Below are positions 23,001-35,590 of a stretch of 64,000 nt of DNA, piece after piece. The first letter of the stretch is position 1. Each line of letters starts with the position of its first letter. A model generated the notes under the pieces. It did not search any database. It was not told the origin of the DNA and saw only the letters and a program-made list of their open reading frames with translations. Source of the stretch: Octopus vulgaris (lineage: Eukaryota); NCBI GenBank assembly GCA_951406725.2, contig OX597815.1, forward strand, positions 57,474,001-57,538,000, in the 5' to 3' direction. A program made the position numbers and the translations under genes.

Positions 23001-23914
23001 ACATGACTCAAAAGTAAAATTTCTCTATACTCTAAAATATGGGTAGAAACTGTTAGCCTGCAATTTTTTTCTCTTTGACTTCCAAAAAATTATTTTTAAT
23101 ATTTTGTAGTGGGAAAGGTGTAGCAAAAGATATTGAGATAGCAGATGAAATAGGGACGTGGACGACATCAAAGTAAAACAATGGGAAAACATTGGATTGT
23201 AGTTTAAATAATTTATTTAAACAATATTTGCATTTACTTGTTTTATACACCAAAAATCTCAGTACATGACATTACCAACTTTACTTTGAGCTGGCCAAGA
23301 AGAAATTAACAGGGTAAATACTGTGCTGATATGATGAAGTAGAACTGGACATGTTTTGTGTCTGCGTGCGTGTTGGTCATTTAGTGGTATGTATGTTCTG
23401 CGACTGCTACAGTGTTGGTTCTTTCATGTTGAATATCTGGATCTGTGTTGCCTACTTAACTGGCAAAGTTACTTGCTAGCTGTCTCATGACTATCTCTCT
23501 CTCTGTCTCTGTTGTCCCTTGATGAATTGCTGTATTTATAATGGTCATGACAGCTAGAAGGACAGACATACCACAGGAGAAATTCCTACATATGTAGGTC
23601 GCCTCCTGTCCACTTGAACCTTAAATGACAAGGCTGAGGTCGGAGGTAGAAGGGAAACCATCCATCATTTTTTAACAGGACAAAGAAATTTCTTTCATGC
23701 CTGTTTGGTCAGTGGTGGATCAGACGAGTGAGAATCCTTAGATTCAGTTTCAAATCTCAACTCGGATAAAGGAAGTGTTAGCTTTTACAATTTGATACAT
23801 TGAAACTGGTTATATTTTAAATCACAAGCATTGCCTTTTGCAACTTTACCTTTTTAACCATATTTTTTTTTATTTGTATGGACTCTTAACACCTCTGCAA
23901 CAACTGTGTGTATG

Positions 23915-23956
<42 letters not shown>

Positions 23957-23959
<3 letters not shown>

Positions 23960-24950
23960 CGGTGGGCATGATTCTACTAATATGCTAACAGCTAATTAGT
24001 GAAGCCAACTTTTTGTTTTTGCAGATTAGCATTTTCACTAACTTTGGAAACTTCTGCTAAATTTAGTTCTGCTTACAAAATTCATACGTTTGTTCCTGTC
24101 TGTTGTGGGAGTGTCTTGAAGACAATTGGTTGATGCAGCAGCAGCAGCTAGCTGAGCAGCATTGTGTAATTCTCCAGTTTTGAGTTGTATTCACTTGCAA
24201 TGTCACATTACAGATAAATCCACAGTGTCAATGACAGCAGTGTAAGTTATCAGCTTATCAAATTATTGCTTATTGTTATGGAAGGTGAAGATGTTTTTAT
24301 TCAGCCTGAGGATGAAGGGCCTGTTAAGAAGTCTGTAATGGCTGTGGGTGAGGCAGAGGTCACTCAGGTTGAGAGCCAGGAGTCGCAAAACCTGTGGCCC
24401 CACATGGAGGACTACTTTGTTCTTACATCCAAGTATAAGAGGAATGCCAAAATCCTGTACTTCCAGTGCATCATGTGCCATCCCAAGGAGATCACCATCA
24501 AGGGACAAGTGGCGAGCCTCTACAACTTGAAGTCGCATTGTCAAGAGGAGACACCCAGCGCATGCCATCCAGTTTGAGGAGAGGATCAAGGCCAGCTCTT
24601 CTTGTGGGAAACACAGACAATCTTCTGATAGCAGTGCCATTAGCCAGTTGTCACAGTCATGTGCAAAGAAAGCACACCAGCCCAGCATTGGTAAAGTATT
24701 TGCCCAAACTACTGGCACTGGTGTCTGTTGGCCTATGTTGGACAGAAGGATTGTAGACCTCCTGTATGTAGTGGAGTCCTCTGCCTTGGTTGGCCTGAAC
24801 ACACTATGCCTGCATGAAGCCACTACAAATACATTGTGGAATAAAAAATTTATCTACTGTCATGGAAAAATTGTAACTGTAAAAATGCAGAATTATTGGA
24901 GTAATGGACATTCAAAAAAATATGTATGTATAGAAATGTATAAATAAAGT
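23957..24950 (+). mobile_element. hAT-like DNA transposon 5' fragment with BED zinc finger remnant
   Basis: Starts CAGCGGTGGGCA after (TA)n. ORF 24266-24577 has W..YF...QCIMC...SLYNLKSH. No catalytic domain or right TIR seen. Confidence 0.55.
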
Positions 24951-24999
24951 CTTTAAGGTTTAAAATTCAGATTAAGGAATTGCAATAATAATGTTTAGC

Positions 25000-25600
25000 A
25001 GTTCAAAACTGTGAGTAGTGAAATGCAGAATTAGATCGCCTGATCATGAGAATCCAATATTGGTCGCTCCACTAAAATCTGCAGATGGTATGGGTTATTT
25101 CCCTTGGGTTGTTTAAATAAAATATTAGTAATATGTAGTAGACAGAAGGATCCATTTGAAGGGTCCTATTATCGATTTTTTTTTCAACAATATAAGCATG
25201 TCATGAGGTTTACAAACATGAGTTCTACTCACATGTCAAATAAAGTATAAAAGTGATACTGTCTGCAAAAATTAGAATTAGGGACACAAAAAATCAATAT
25301 TCAAAGTAATCGAACATAAACAATGAAATGGGATATTTCACTTGAGTGTTTAAAAAATTGGTACAGGTGTTATGAGTTATTTCCCTTGGTTGCTTAAAAG
25401 AAAAAATTAGTTATATGAGGTAGATATAAAGGTCCCCTCCAGAGGCCATATTATCGATTTTGTCAACAATCTAAGTATGTCACGGGGTTTCCAGACATGA
25501 GTTCTACTCACGTGTCAAGTTTCATCAAAATCAATAAAATGATGTAGGAGTTAGCTAACAACACCACGAACAAACATACACTGATTTTCCACAAATGTAG
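25000..25600 (-). repeat. Helitron-like fragment with an internal ~280-bp-period duplication
   Basis: 25090-25245 resembles 25370-25520 (ttatttcccttgg...catgagttctactcac); ends against (TA)n. Confidence 0.45.
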
Positions 25601-25636
<36 letters not shown>

Positions 25637-25689
25637 TACACACACATACATACATATGCATATCACATACACATATATGTATGAGTGTA

Positions 25690-25915
25690 TGTCATTATGT
25701 TTGTGTTTGCCCACCACCACCACCACCGCTTGACAACCAGCGTTAGTGTGTTTATGTCCCCATAACTTAGTGGTTCAGCAAAAGAGACTGATAGAATAAG
25801 TACTAAGCTTTAAAAAAAATGCTTTGGGGTCAGTTTGAAAAAAAAAAATCCTATCAAGGTGGTGCCTCAGCATGGCTGCAGTCAAATGACTGAAACTAGC
25901 AAAAGATAAAAGATA
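25690..25915 (+). mobile_element. 3' half of the tRNA-derived SINE seen at 27462
   Basis: gcttgacaacc...gatagaataagtact...cagcatggctgcagtcaaatgactgaaac matches 27700-27870. Confidence 0.8.
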
Positions 25916-25971
25916 TATATTCAGAGGTTTTTGTAGAATTTATTTGAGTTACAATAATTATAGAAAGATTT

Positions 25972-26728
25972 GGATCTTTTCCTTTTGAACGGCACACAAT
26001 TTCTAGTTAACTAAACACTTTAAAACTTCGTATACTGGTAGAATGTGTCAAAATAAAACATTTTTTTTTCTCTTGGCTTTCTTGATAAAATTGTAATTCG
26101 TTTGTTTAACATAGTTTAAATTTTCGAATTTTAACCATTGAATCGTCTCTAATTGAGCTAATTGAGACAACATCCTGTCACTAACCCTAAACTTTCCCCT
26201 AACCCTAACCCTAAATTTTTTTTATCTTAATTGTTACGCGTGTAAAAAAAAAAGAAAGCAATGGAAAATAATTTAAACAATTAACAAACAAAATAATTCT
26301 ATAATTTTATACACACGCTTTCCGTAACACACGCTTTCCGTATATGTACAGAAAGCGTGTGTATAAAATTATAGAATTATTTTGTTTGTTAATTGTTTAA
26401 ATTATTTTCCATTGCTTTTGTTTTTTTTACACGCGTAACAATTAAGAAAAAAAAATTTAGGGTTAGGGGGAGGTTTAGGGTTAGTGACAGGATGTTGTTT
26501 CAGTTTTAGACGCAGCAAATGATTTTAGCTCAATTGAGGTAATCGATTGGTTAAAATTGCCAAAATGCTCGAAATTTCAGACGAAATATCTGACAAACTA
26601 TAGAATTTTCTCAATAAAACCAAGAGAAAATGATGTTTTATAAACACATTCTACCAGTATACAAAGTTTAAAACATTTTAGTTACCTAGAAATTATGTTA
26701 CAAAGTGCCGTTCAAAAGGAAAAGATCC
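25972..26728. mobile_element. Foldback MITE, Merlin-like
   Basis: TIR GGATCTTTTCCTTTTGAACGGCAC; 8-bp TSD AAAGATTT (25964-25971 and 26729-26736); nearly the whole element is palindromic, with internal CCCTAA/TTAGGG runs. Confidence 0.8.
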
Positions 26729-27239
26729 AAAGATTTTTTAAAAAAGTTTCTATTTCTTTTATTTTACACAATGTCACTCACCTTTGTGGAAGGAGTTTGT
26801 GTAAGCGCTTTCATTTTTCATTGTTTAAAACACACGTGTTCCTGGCTAATGCATACAGAGGAAATTGTTTTTTTGTAATGGTGTTAACTATTTCTGGTTT
26901 AGCTTCTGATTTAGAATTTTTATAAAGTATTCAAGTATTCATCCTTTGTCTTTTGTTGTTGATCATTTTCAACTTTTATTTTGTATAAGGGGAACATTTA
27001 AAATTTTCTTTGTGCACAAATGTTTTGATGCCATGTATTCTACATGGAATATTTCTAAGAGATAAATCTTTAATTTGTTGTTTATGCTTGTTTACATGCC
27101 TGGTTAGTTTTGTCTGTTTCTTTGATGTAATTCACATTGTGTCATGGGCATGTTATGCAGTAGATGGGAAGGAACTGAAAGTGAATGCAAACATGAATTG
27201 TAAAACAAAAAAATCTCTTGCAAGTTATTTGATGACCTC

Positions 27240-27440
27240 ATTGCTGTTGGTGCCATGTAATAAGCACCCAGTACACTTTGTAAAGTGGTTGACATTAAGA
27301 AGGGCATCCAGTCTTAGAAACCATGCCAAAGCAAACAGAGTTTGGCACAGCCTTCTGACCTGCCAGCTCCTGTTAAATGATTTCACTTATGCCAATATGA
27401 AAGGATGTTAAATAATGATGATTATGATGATGATGATGAT
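27240..27440 (+). mobile_element. Degenerate RTE-type 3' tail
   Basis: gtggttgacattaagaagggcatccag...gatgttaaa(tga)n. Confidence 0.65.
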
Positions 27441-27461
27441 ATATATGTATATATGTATATA

Positions 27462-27626
27462 GGCGCAGGAGTGGCTGTATGGTAGGTAGCTTGTTTACCA
27501 GCCACATGGTTCCGGGTTCAGTCCCACTGCGTGGCACCTTGGGCAAGTGTCTTCTACTATAGCCTTGGGCCGACCAAAGCCTTGTGAGTGGATTTGGTAG
27601 ACGGAAACTGAAAGAAGCCCGTCGTA

Positions 27627-27685
<59 letters not shown>

Positions 27686-27887
27686 CTGTGTTTGTCCCCC
27701 TAGCATTGCTTGACAACCGATGCTGGTGTGTTTATGTCCCCGTTACTTAGCGGTTCGGCAAAAGAGACCGATAGAATAAGTACTGGGCTTACGAAAGAAT
27801 AAGTCCCGGGGTCGATTTGCTCGATTAAAGGCGGTGCTCCAGCATGGCCGCAGTCAAATGACTGAAACAAGTAAAAGAGTAAAGAGT
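27462..27887 (+). mobile_element. Full-length tRNA-derived SINE with internal microsatellite, resembling octopus SINE families
   Basis: A-box TGGCTGTATGG, B-box-like GGTTCAGTCCC, central ccttgggcaagtg, internal (TA)n(TG)n, taaaagag tail. Confidence 0.85.
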
Positions 27888-27955
27888 AATACATAGATAT
27901 AGATATACATGTATGTGTGTGTATATGTATATATTTATATATTTAATTAATGAGA

Positions 27956-28700
27956 GAGGTGGAAGATATGAGAAAATTTATTGATCACTACAATTGTTTC
28001 AACCCATCTAGCATCAATCCCTCATGAGTGGGATACTGAACAACTGGTTTAGGAGTATCCATCGGTGTAGATGTGTCTTCTCAGATGATTACAAGCTGTA
28101 TCTCATTAAAATAATGTTTATTTCACAAGATTTCTTCTTGGTGTATGTATACAAAAGCAGTAAATTAAGGGATACAACTTCCTTATTATAGAAGATCAGT
28201 AATAAGCATCAGATGCAAAAAGAAACAAATGCACAATACAGCAAAAAAAGTAACAGATATAACCGTTAGTAGATATGGATGTATAAATGCCCTCACTTAG
28301 GTTGTATGGTGTATATACACTCACTCATACAAACTTACAGATATAAGCATATGCACTCACATGGTTTGGCACACATACACTCACATAGTAAATTAAATAT
28401 ATACTTTGTGTTTATAGGAATGGGGAGGTTGCAGTTAATTCATCCATACAGTAAGGTAAATTATGGTTATTCATTTGGTTAACAATTACTCAAATTCATT
28501 CCCACTGTATTGTGTGAAAGTGCATTTATAAGCATGCAAACATCTTGACAGTCTTTCAGAAATCCTATCAATGATCTTCTCATTGAAGAGATACATCTAC
28601 ATCGATGGATATTCTTAAACCAGTTGTTCAGTATCCCACCTGTGGGGGATGGATGTTAGATGGGTCAAAACAATAAACATTTTTGTATCTTCCATCTGCC
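27956..28700. mobile_element. Old Penelope-like remnant with inverted ~130-bp arms containing decayed hammerhead motifs
   Basis: 27956-28090 is an inverted copy of ~28570-28700. The minus arm reads AUCAU-CUGAGAA-GACACAUCUA...UAGAUGGGUU-GAAAC-AAUU-GUA-GUGAU. Confidence 0.55.
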
Positions 28701-28798
28701 AACAAACACTGTGAAAGTGAATGTGCTTTGCCAGTAAATTACCAGTTGTAAACCATATGATTTATTATCTAATAATAATGATAATAATAATAATAATT

Positions 28799-31700
28799 CC
28801 GGGATGGTGTCTGGCGTACTAGAAGGCCACTGGGAGTGAAGCACCCCTCAGCTTCTGTTGAAGCATGTCTCTTGGAGAAGGTCACTCTGATATAAAACCA
28901 GATATGCAGGGAATGGCATTGGACATTTTGGGGATCTTTAGTTTGTGCTAGAGATCAGGGCACTCCTACATCCCTGAGTCTGCAACTCATATTGGCACCA
29001 GACATCTCACTCTGGCTTGTCTCTGGATAAGGTAAATAGAGTGAAGAGGGTATATGAGGTGTCGTGCAAGCCTTATTGAAACTCTGCACAGGCATTGCTG
29101 ACCTCTGCTCGATATGTGCTGCTTTTTTTTTCCTATATATATTTATTTTTCTTCAGAAGTCCTGCAGTGATGGGAAGGTGGTGAAGCATGCAGACCTGAC
29201 GGGTTGGAAGCATGTAGTTAGCAACCTGTACATAGGCAGCCCATGCTAGATATAAAGTCTTCTCCTTGTCACCCAAAACAGTGATAGGATTCAGTTGCAG
29301 CATGGATGTCTGAGCAGCTCCATTTGGAGAGGGCACTGCTCACCCAGAGGCCGGGGAGGTTCTAGAAAAGGTGAACCAAAAATTGCCTGTCTTTCTATAT
29401 CTGGTCATTTTAGCACAACTGATGGATGTCCACCCTGCACTCAAAAAACAAAGAGACCTTTTTTACAAAATCTGAATTTCATCTTAGAATGTGTGCACTC
29501 TGTTGGATAACAAGAGTGATTGTAGGCCTGAAAGATGCGCTGTACTTGTTGCTTGCGAGCTGAACTGCTATAACATTGATACAGCTGCACTTTCAGTGAC
29601 TCATATAGAAGGTGATGGTCAGCTTGAGGAAGTAGGAGGTGGGGAAGGCTGCAGGAGGAGCACAGAGAGGCTGGTGTTGGCTTTGCAGTTCGATCTAATA
29701 ACCTTAAGAAATTGGAGGAGCTTCCTGTTCCTATAAACGAACGTCTAATGACTCTACGATTGCACCTGAAAGGTAGGCAGTTTGCATACTCTAATAAGTG
29801 CCTTTGTACCTATTTTGACTAGTTGTGATGAAGATGAAACTATTTTTTATACCCAGCTGAGAGCCATACTTAGGAAAATCTCCAATTCTGATCAAATCAT
29901 TCTACTGGGGGATCTTGATTCCAGGGTTGGAACAGACTGGCAAACATGGAATGTTTAGGTATAGGGAAAATGAGTAGCAATGGTTTCATGTTGTTAGAGC
30001 TTTGCAATGAACATGGACTTTACATTGCAAGCGCTCATTTTATGCACAAAGGTGATTGCACAACAACGTGGATGCACCCATGGTCTTAAGTTTGGCACTT
30101 GCTGGATTATGTCGTCATCCGCAAGTGTGACATCTATGATATTTGTAATGTCAAGTTTTTTATATAGCTCGGAATGCTGGACAGACCACATCTGGTGCGA
30201 GCAAAGTTCCAGATGATGATTAGAGTGAAAGAGAGAAGAGAGCCAGTTGACATTCCTCAGCATCTGAATATCCACAAGATATATTATGTTGAGGAAAGAG
30301 CTTCAGACTGGCTTGTCCAGCATTTAAAATACTACAGTATTTTAAGGTCCGTTGGAAGATTTTGGAGACCAGGTTCTTCAATGTGCTTTTGAAACACTGG
30401 GATATGCTTTTGCCAGATACAGACTAGTTTGATGAAAATAGTGTTGAAGTTCAGTGACTACTGGTTGTAAAGCACCATGCCCACAATGTACTGCTGCACA
30501 GGGGACTTTCAGCAGTGCAGCGAAATCTAGCACTTGCTCACTAAAGCAGTGTAAAATCACTACTGCAGCAATCTCTCAGGAAGATACAGAACATTTGGTG
30601 GGAGGATCTTGCTCATGATGCTGCTAATGCAAATGACAGCAAGAAGCTTTACCATCCTATGAAACAAGTTTATGGGCCTAAGAGCTCTGCATCATTTCCT
30701 TTGCTTTCTAAGGAGTCTTCTACTCTGTTTACTAAATCAACAGAAATCACAAGTCACTGGATTGAACACTACTCTGAACTCCTAAACCATGAGTCAGTTG
30801 TGGAGGAAACAGTGATTGATATTATGCAATAAAGACCTATCATTGGCTCCTTAAATTCTATGCCCTCAATAGATGAGGTAATGACGTCAATAAGTAAAGT
30901 GTATCTTGGTAGGCACCTGAAAGGGATGGAATTTTTGCTGAGGTCTTGCGATTTGGTGGTGATTACATCATACAGTCTCTTCATGAACTTATTAATGTAG
31001 TCTGGAGAGATGGTGCAATGCCTAAGGACTGGAAGGATGCAATTATTCTTCCTTTCTATAAAGGAAAAGGAGCCTGAACAATGTGTGGTGTATTGCTCTA
31101 CTATCAGCTGCTGGCAAGGTTCTGGCAAATATTCTTCTTACCCACCTGAATAGGTGTCTCATAAATGATGCCCTATCTGTATATCAATGTGGCTTCTGAT
31201 CTGGTTGAGGGACAATGGATATGATTTTCATAGCAAAACAGATACAGAAGTGCTTTGAGCAGAATATGGATCATGTCCAAGTATTCATTGATTTAACCAA
31301 GGCCTTTGATATTGTGAATAGGTCCTTGCTATGAAAAATACTTGGCAAACTTGGATGTCTGGATCACTTTGTATCTATAATTAAATCATTTCATGATGGA
31401 GTGGAGGCTTTGGTCAATGTTGGTGGTGGCATGGCGGGAGCCATTCTTGTAGAGAATGGTGTCAAGCAGGGTGACATCCTTGCCTCAACTGTCTTTTCTT
31501 TGCACTTTGCTGCTGCTTTTACTCATGCTTTTGCTAAAATTAGCTCTCTGGGAATATATGTCATGTATCGATCTTCTGGCCACCTAGCACTGATTTGCTG
31601 CCAATTCAAAAGATTTCTAATCTCTTATTCATGACCTCCTTTATGCAGATGACTGTGACTTAGTCACTCATACAGTGGATGACGTGCAAATACATATGAA

Positions 31701-32670
31701 TTGTACTTCTGCTTCTTGCAAGTTATTTGGAATCAGCATTAGCCTGGACAAGACTGTTGTAATGTTCCAGCCTGCACCAGGAAATCCATATGCGGAACCA
31801 GCTATCTTGGTTGAAGGAACTATACTGAAAGTGGTAGACAAGTTTGTCTACCTGGGCAGCACACTCAGCAATTCTTTCTCCATGAATGATGAAATCATCT
31901 TTCAGGCTGCAAAGAGCAGCTGATTCCTTCTGGTCTCTTCAGTCTCATGTCTGGTCCCAGCATGGCATCACAAGGCAAACAAAAATTGCTGTGTACCGTG
32001 CATGTGTACTGACATCACTCCTTTACTCATATAAGACATGGACCTTTTACAAATGTCGTGTAAGGGTCCCTAAACACTTTCATTGGAGCTGTCTAAGACA
32101 TATTCTGAATGTTGGCTGGACCTTAAAAACTCCAGAAACACAGGTCCAGAGGACAGCTGATATCTTGAGTATTGAGTGATGGTGCAGAAGCACCAGTTAT
32201 GTTGGACTGGGTACCTTATTAGAATAAAGGATAACAGGATCCCTAAACAGATGCTATATGGGGAACTTGTTAGTGAAAAGATACCCTGGCAGAAACCAAG
32301 GCTGCAATTTAAGGACTGTGTCAAGTCCCCATTAAAGGCCTGTGATATGCAGGAGACTGACTGGGAGAGCAGTGCCTATCATCATCACAGATGGAGGAAG
32401 CAGGTTAAGGAGGGGGTTGACACCTTTGAGAGAGTACATATTCTGCATGAAGAATTTAAGCATGCTGCTTGAAAGCACACTGCTAATGTAGTGAATGGGG
32501 AAAGCTTTCTTCTGCAATGTTTGCAGTTGTGTATGTTTGTCAAGAGCAGGGCTCATTAGCCACCAATGGATCTGCAAATGCAAAATATAAGTTAGTCCTA
32601 GAGCACACAATGTTCCTAAAGGTTGGCAATGGTCTTCCTTGGTTACAAGTGGATGGAGATCATCATCATG
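28799..32670 (+). mobile_element. Old BovB-like RTE LINE, near full length, heavily mutated
   Basis: RPERCAVLVACELNCYNIDTAALS (APE), FIDLTKAFD, GVKQGDILA, LLYADD and KFVYLGS motifs; (CAT)n end. Confidence 0.85.
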
Positions 32671-33423
32671 TATGTATGCATGCATGCATGTATGTTTAAT
32701 TAGAAAAAGATTTGTTTTTAAATTATTTGTTTTAAAAACGTTGTGGAATAAGTTGGTGTATAGTGTGTATTTCATTTGTAAGAGCTTTTATTTTTCAATA
32801 TTTCAAGCACACATGTTCCAGCTAATGCATATAGAATTTGTTTTTTTCATAATGGTAATGGTGTTAATTATTTCTGGTTTAATTTTGGATTTAGAATTTT
32901 ATTAAGTATTCTTCTTTTGCCTTTCATTGATGATCATCTTCATCTTTTATTTTTTTAAAGAATATTTTTTTCATTTATAATGGTGATATTACTTCCAGTG
33001 TCCAACTGCATTTTAACACTTGTATTTCTGATTTTCACCTTCACGAATTTTCTCATTGTTATATTACTAATTTCTTCTAATGACATACTATTTATTCTTT
33101 TTCCTTTGTTCTGATATTTTTTTATCTACGTTCTACAGTGCATCTTTATATATCCTATACTTCCACAACAAAAGCACTCTGCTTTCTTAAATGGAAAATT
33201 TTTCCTCAGGTGTATATTTCCACATGCTAAACATGGGTTTATTTTCTGATTTTTATTGTGTTTTTATAAGAAATTATCTCTATTCTATTTTGCACTTGCT
33301 TTACTTGGAAACAATCTTTACATTCAATTTCCTCTCTGTTGTGTCATATTTTGACTATCCATTCACATTCTTCTGACATTTGTTGTAGGGTTGCATCCTG
33401 GTTCTATATATATATATGTATAT

Positions 33424-33482
<59 letters not shown>

Positions 33483-33537
33483 GTGAATGGAAGAAATGGA
33501 GTTGAACGAAGATTGTACAGAATTCCTTTTATTACAT

Positions 33538-33617
33538 TCTACACATGTTTCAAAGGCCACAATTTTCCAAATTCTGATTAAATAAGGATACCATATTGCA
33601 GCTTTCTCTTCAGGAAA
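33538..33617 (-). ncRNA. Type I hammerhead ribozyme-like motif (inverted twin of 34230-34309)
   Basis: Reverse complement of 34230-34309. Confidence 0.6.
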
Positions 33618-34229
33618 AAGCAGGAATTACGTTGACAGAACAAAACAAAACAGAGGCGCAGCAAAGCAATTCGAACGAGGACGCTCCTTAAGAGCCCATG
33701 GTTAAACTGTTTATCAATGTACATTGAAATCGGGGGGGTTGGTGGGGGCCGACAAAAGGTCCGTTGGAATAATTGCAGGTCAGGCCGTGGTCAAATCTAG
33801 TAGGTGAGGAATTAATGAGAACAAGGGGTGTGGAGATGTTCTGTGTGACCAAAACTAATGTTCTGAATATTTTAAGAATACAGGGTGTATTTTAGGGGCG
33901 AGACAAAACCTACCTAAAAGCATGTATGTGTATACTAGCCTATGTGTGCGCGGCCGTATGTTGGCGAGGGGCGCTAGATAATGAGCACTGCTGAGAAAAC
34001 CTGTCAGGCGGCTGAAAAAATTCTGTGTTCGTGTGTTCGTCTAGGCCTGCTTGTCTAAAAATTAACATCGTCAAAGAATCATAAGGGTATATATATTTCC
34101 AGCGTTTGCTTCCAAAAAAAACCGACCATTGATAAACAGTTTAACCATGGGCTCTTAAGGAGCGTCCTCGTTCGAATTGCTTTGCTGCGCCTCTGTTTTG
34201 TTTTGTTCTGTCAACGTAATTCCTGCTTT

Positions 34230-34309
34230 TTCCTGAAGAGAAAGCTGCAATATGGTATCCTTATTTAATCAGAATTTGGAAAATTGTGGCCTTTGAAACA
34301 TGTGTAGAA
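34230..34309 (+). ncRNA. Type I hammerhead ribozyme-like motif
   Basis: UUC-CUGAAGA-GAAAGCUGCAAU...AUUGUGGCCUUU-GAAAC-AUGU-GUA-GAA. Confidence 0.6.
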
Positions 34310-34504
34310 TGTAATAAAAGGAATTCTGTACAATCTTCGTTCAACTCCATTTCTTCCATTCACTAATTATATTAAACTTCGATTATCCGCACCAAATGGT
34401 CTTATCTCCAACCGTGTTTTTTTCTGCTGTGATTTTTGCTACCCAGGTATCGGTTAAACTTTTGAATAATCTGTAACAAGAAAATTCATCTTTCCATTTC
34501 AACA

Positions 34505-34542
<38 letters not shown>

Positions 34543-34544
<2 letters not shown>

Positions 34545-34897
34545 GTGCCGGTGGCACATGACCTGCTGTGCTTGAGGAAACCTATTGAGTCAAGTACATC
34601 AACATCAAAATAAATATCAAATGGAAATTGTAGTTGTGATACCTGTGCCGGTGGCACGTAAAAAGCACCATCCGAATGTGGCCGATGCCAGCGCTGCCTT
34701 GACTGGCTTCTATGCTGGTGGCACGTAAAAAGCACTCACCACAATCACGGAGTGGCTGGCGTTAGGAAGGGCATCCAGCTGTAGAAACACTGCCAGATCA
34801 GACTGGAGCCTGGTGCAGCCTCCTGGTTTCCCAGACCCCGGTTGAACCATCCAACTCGTGCTAGCACGGAAAACGGACGTTAAACAATGATGATGAT
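34543..34897 (+). mobile_element. RTE 3' UTR-only copy (5'-truncated LINE or LINE-tail SINE)
   Basis: Three GTGCCGGTGGCAC-type units, conserved tail and (GAT)n, lying between (TA)n tracts. Confidence 0.85.
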
Positions 34898-35394
34898 ATA
34901 TATATATATAAATATAAATATTTTATGTCTATCTGCCCATCTCTCTCTCTCTCTCTCTCTCTACCTTTCTAATATATATGATTTTAAAAATGTCTAGTCA
35001 TATTTATTTACATTTTTTTAACCAAGGTAAATGCCAACCATTATTTGGATAAGAAGTTTTCTAGTGCACATGACAACTTACAAGATAAATTAAAACTTAC
35101 ACTGGTGGAAGTTCTCATTTCAACTGTTCCTGAGACATTTATCCTGCACATTAATACTACACACTTTGAAATCTCCCTTCCCAATATTTTCCTGACATTT
35201 AATCATGTAGGCACCATCTATGATGAGTTAAAGATATAAATGTGAATCGATAATCAAGGTAAGTTGATCTCTACACACATTCACAACTTTAGTTTGTAGT
35301 ACATTCACATATCTCCAGAAACATTCTACTGCAAATAATCAGGGCATAGAAAACTGAAAACCTCTCTCACTTCTCTGTAATATTATCATTATCT

Positions 35395-35590
35395 TCATCA
35401 TCGTCATTTTATGACTGTGTTCCATGTCACCATGGGTTGGATGGATCTTCACAGCCTCAGTCCCCCTACTCCATGGAAGCTACAACTCCCAATGACTGTT
35501 GTTCATACTAATTTCTACAGGCTGGGTGCCCTTCCTAACACCAACCACTATGGAGTGTATTTTCTTATGGCACCAACACAAGAGAGGTTG
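35395..35590 (-). mobile_element. Degenerate RTE-type 3' tail
   Basis: ggctgggtgcccttcctaacaccaacc and a decayed terminal stem. Confidence 0.55.

Larger units (their letters stand above)
33477..34508. mobile_element. Penelope-like non-coding remnant with ~244-bp inverted pseudo-LTR arms
   Basis: 33477-33720 is the reverse complement of 34127-34370 with no mismatch found by eye. Each arm carries a hammerhead fold and AATAAA. Flanked by (TA)n. Confidence 0.7.

Noticed and set aside
27462-27535. tRNA gene
   Set aside because: A/B-box-like head continues into a SINE body; no convincing cloverleaf or terminator.
28799-29100. HDV-like ribozyme in the 5' UTR of the BovB-like RTE
   Set aside because: Such ribozymes are known in some RTE elements, but I could not assemble the nested double pseudoknot from this decayed copy.
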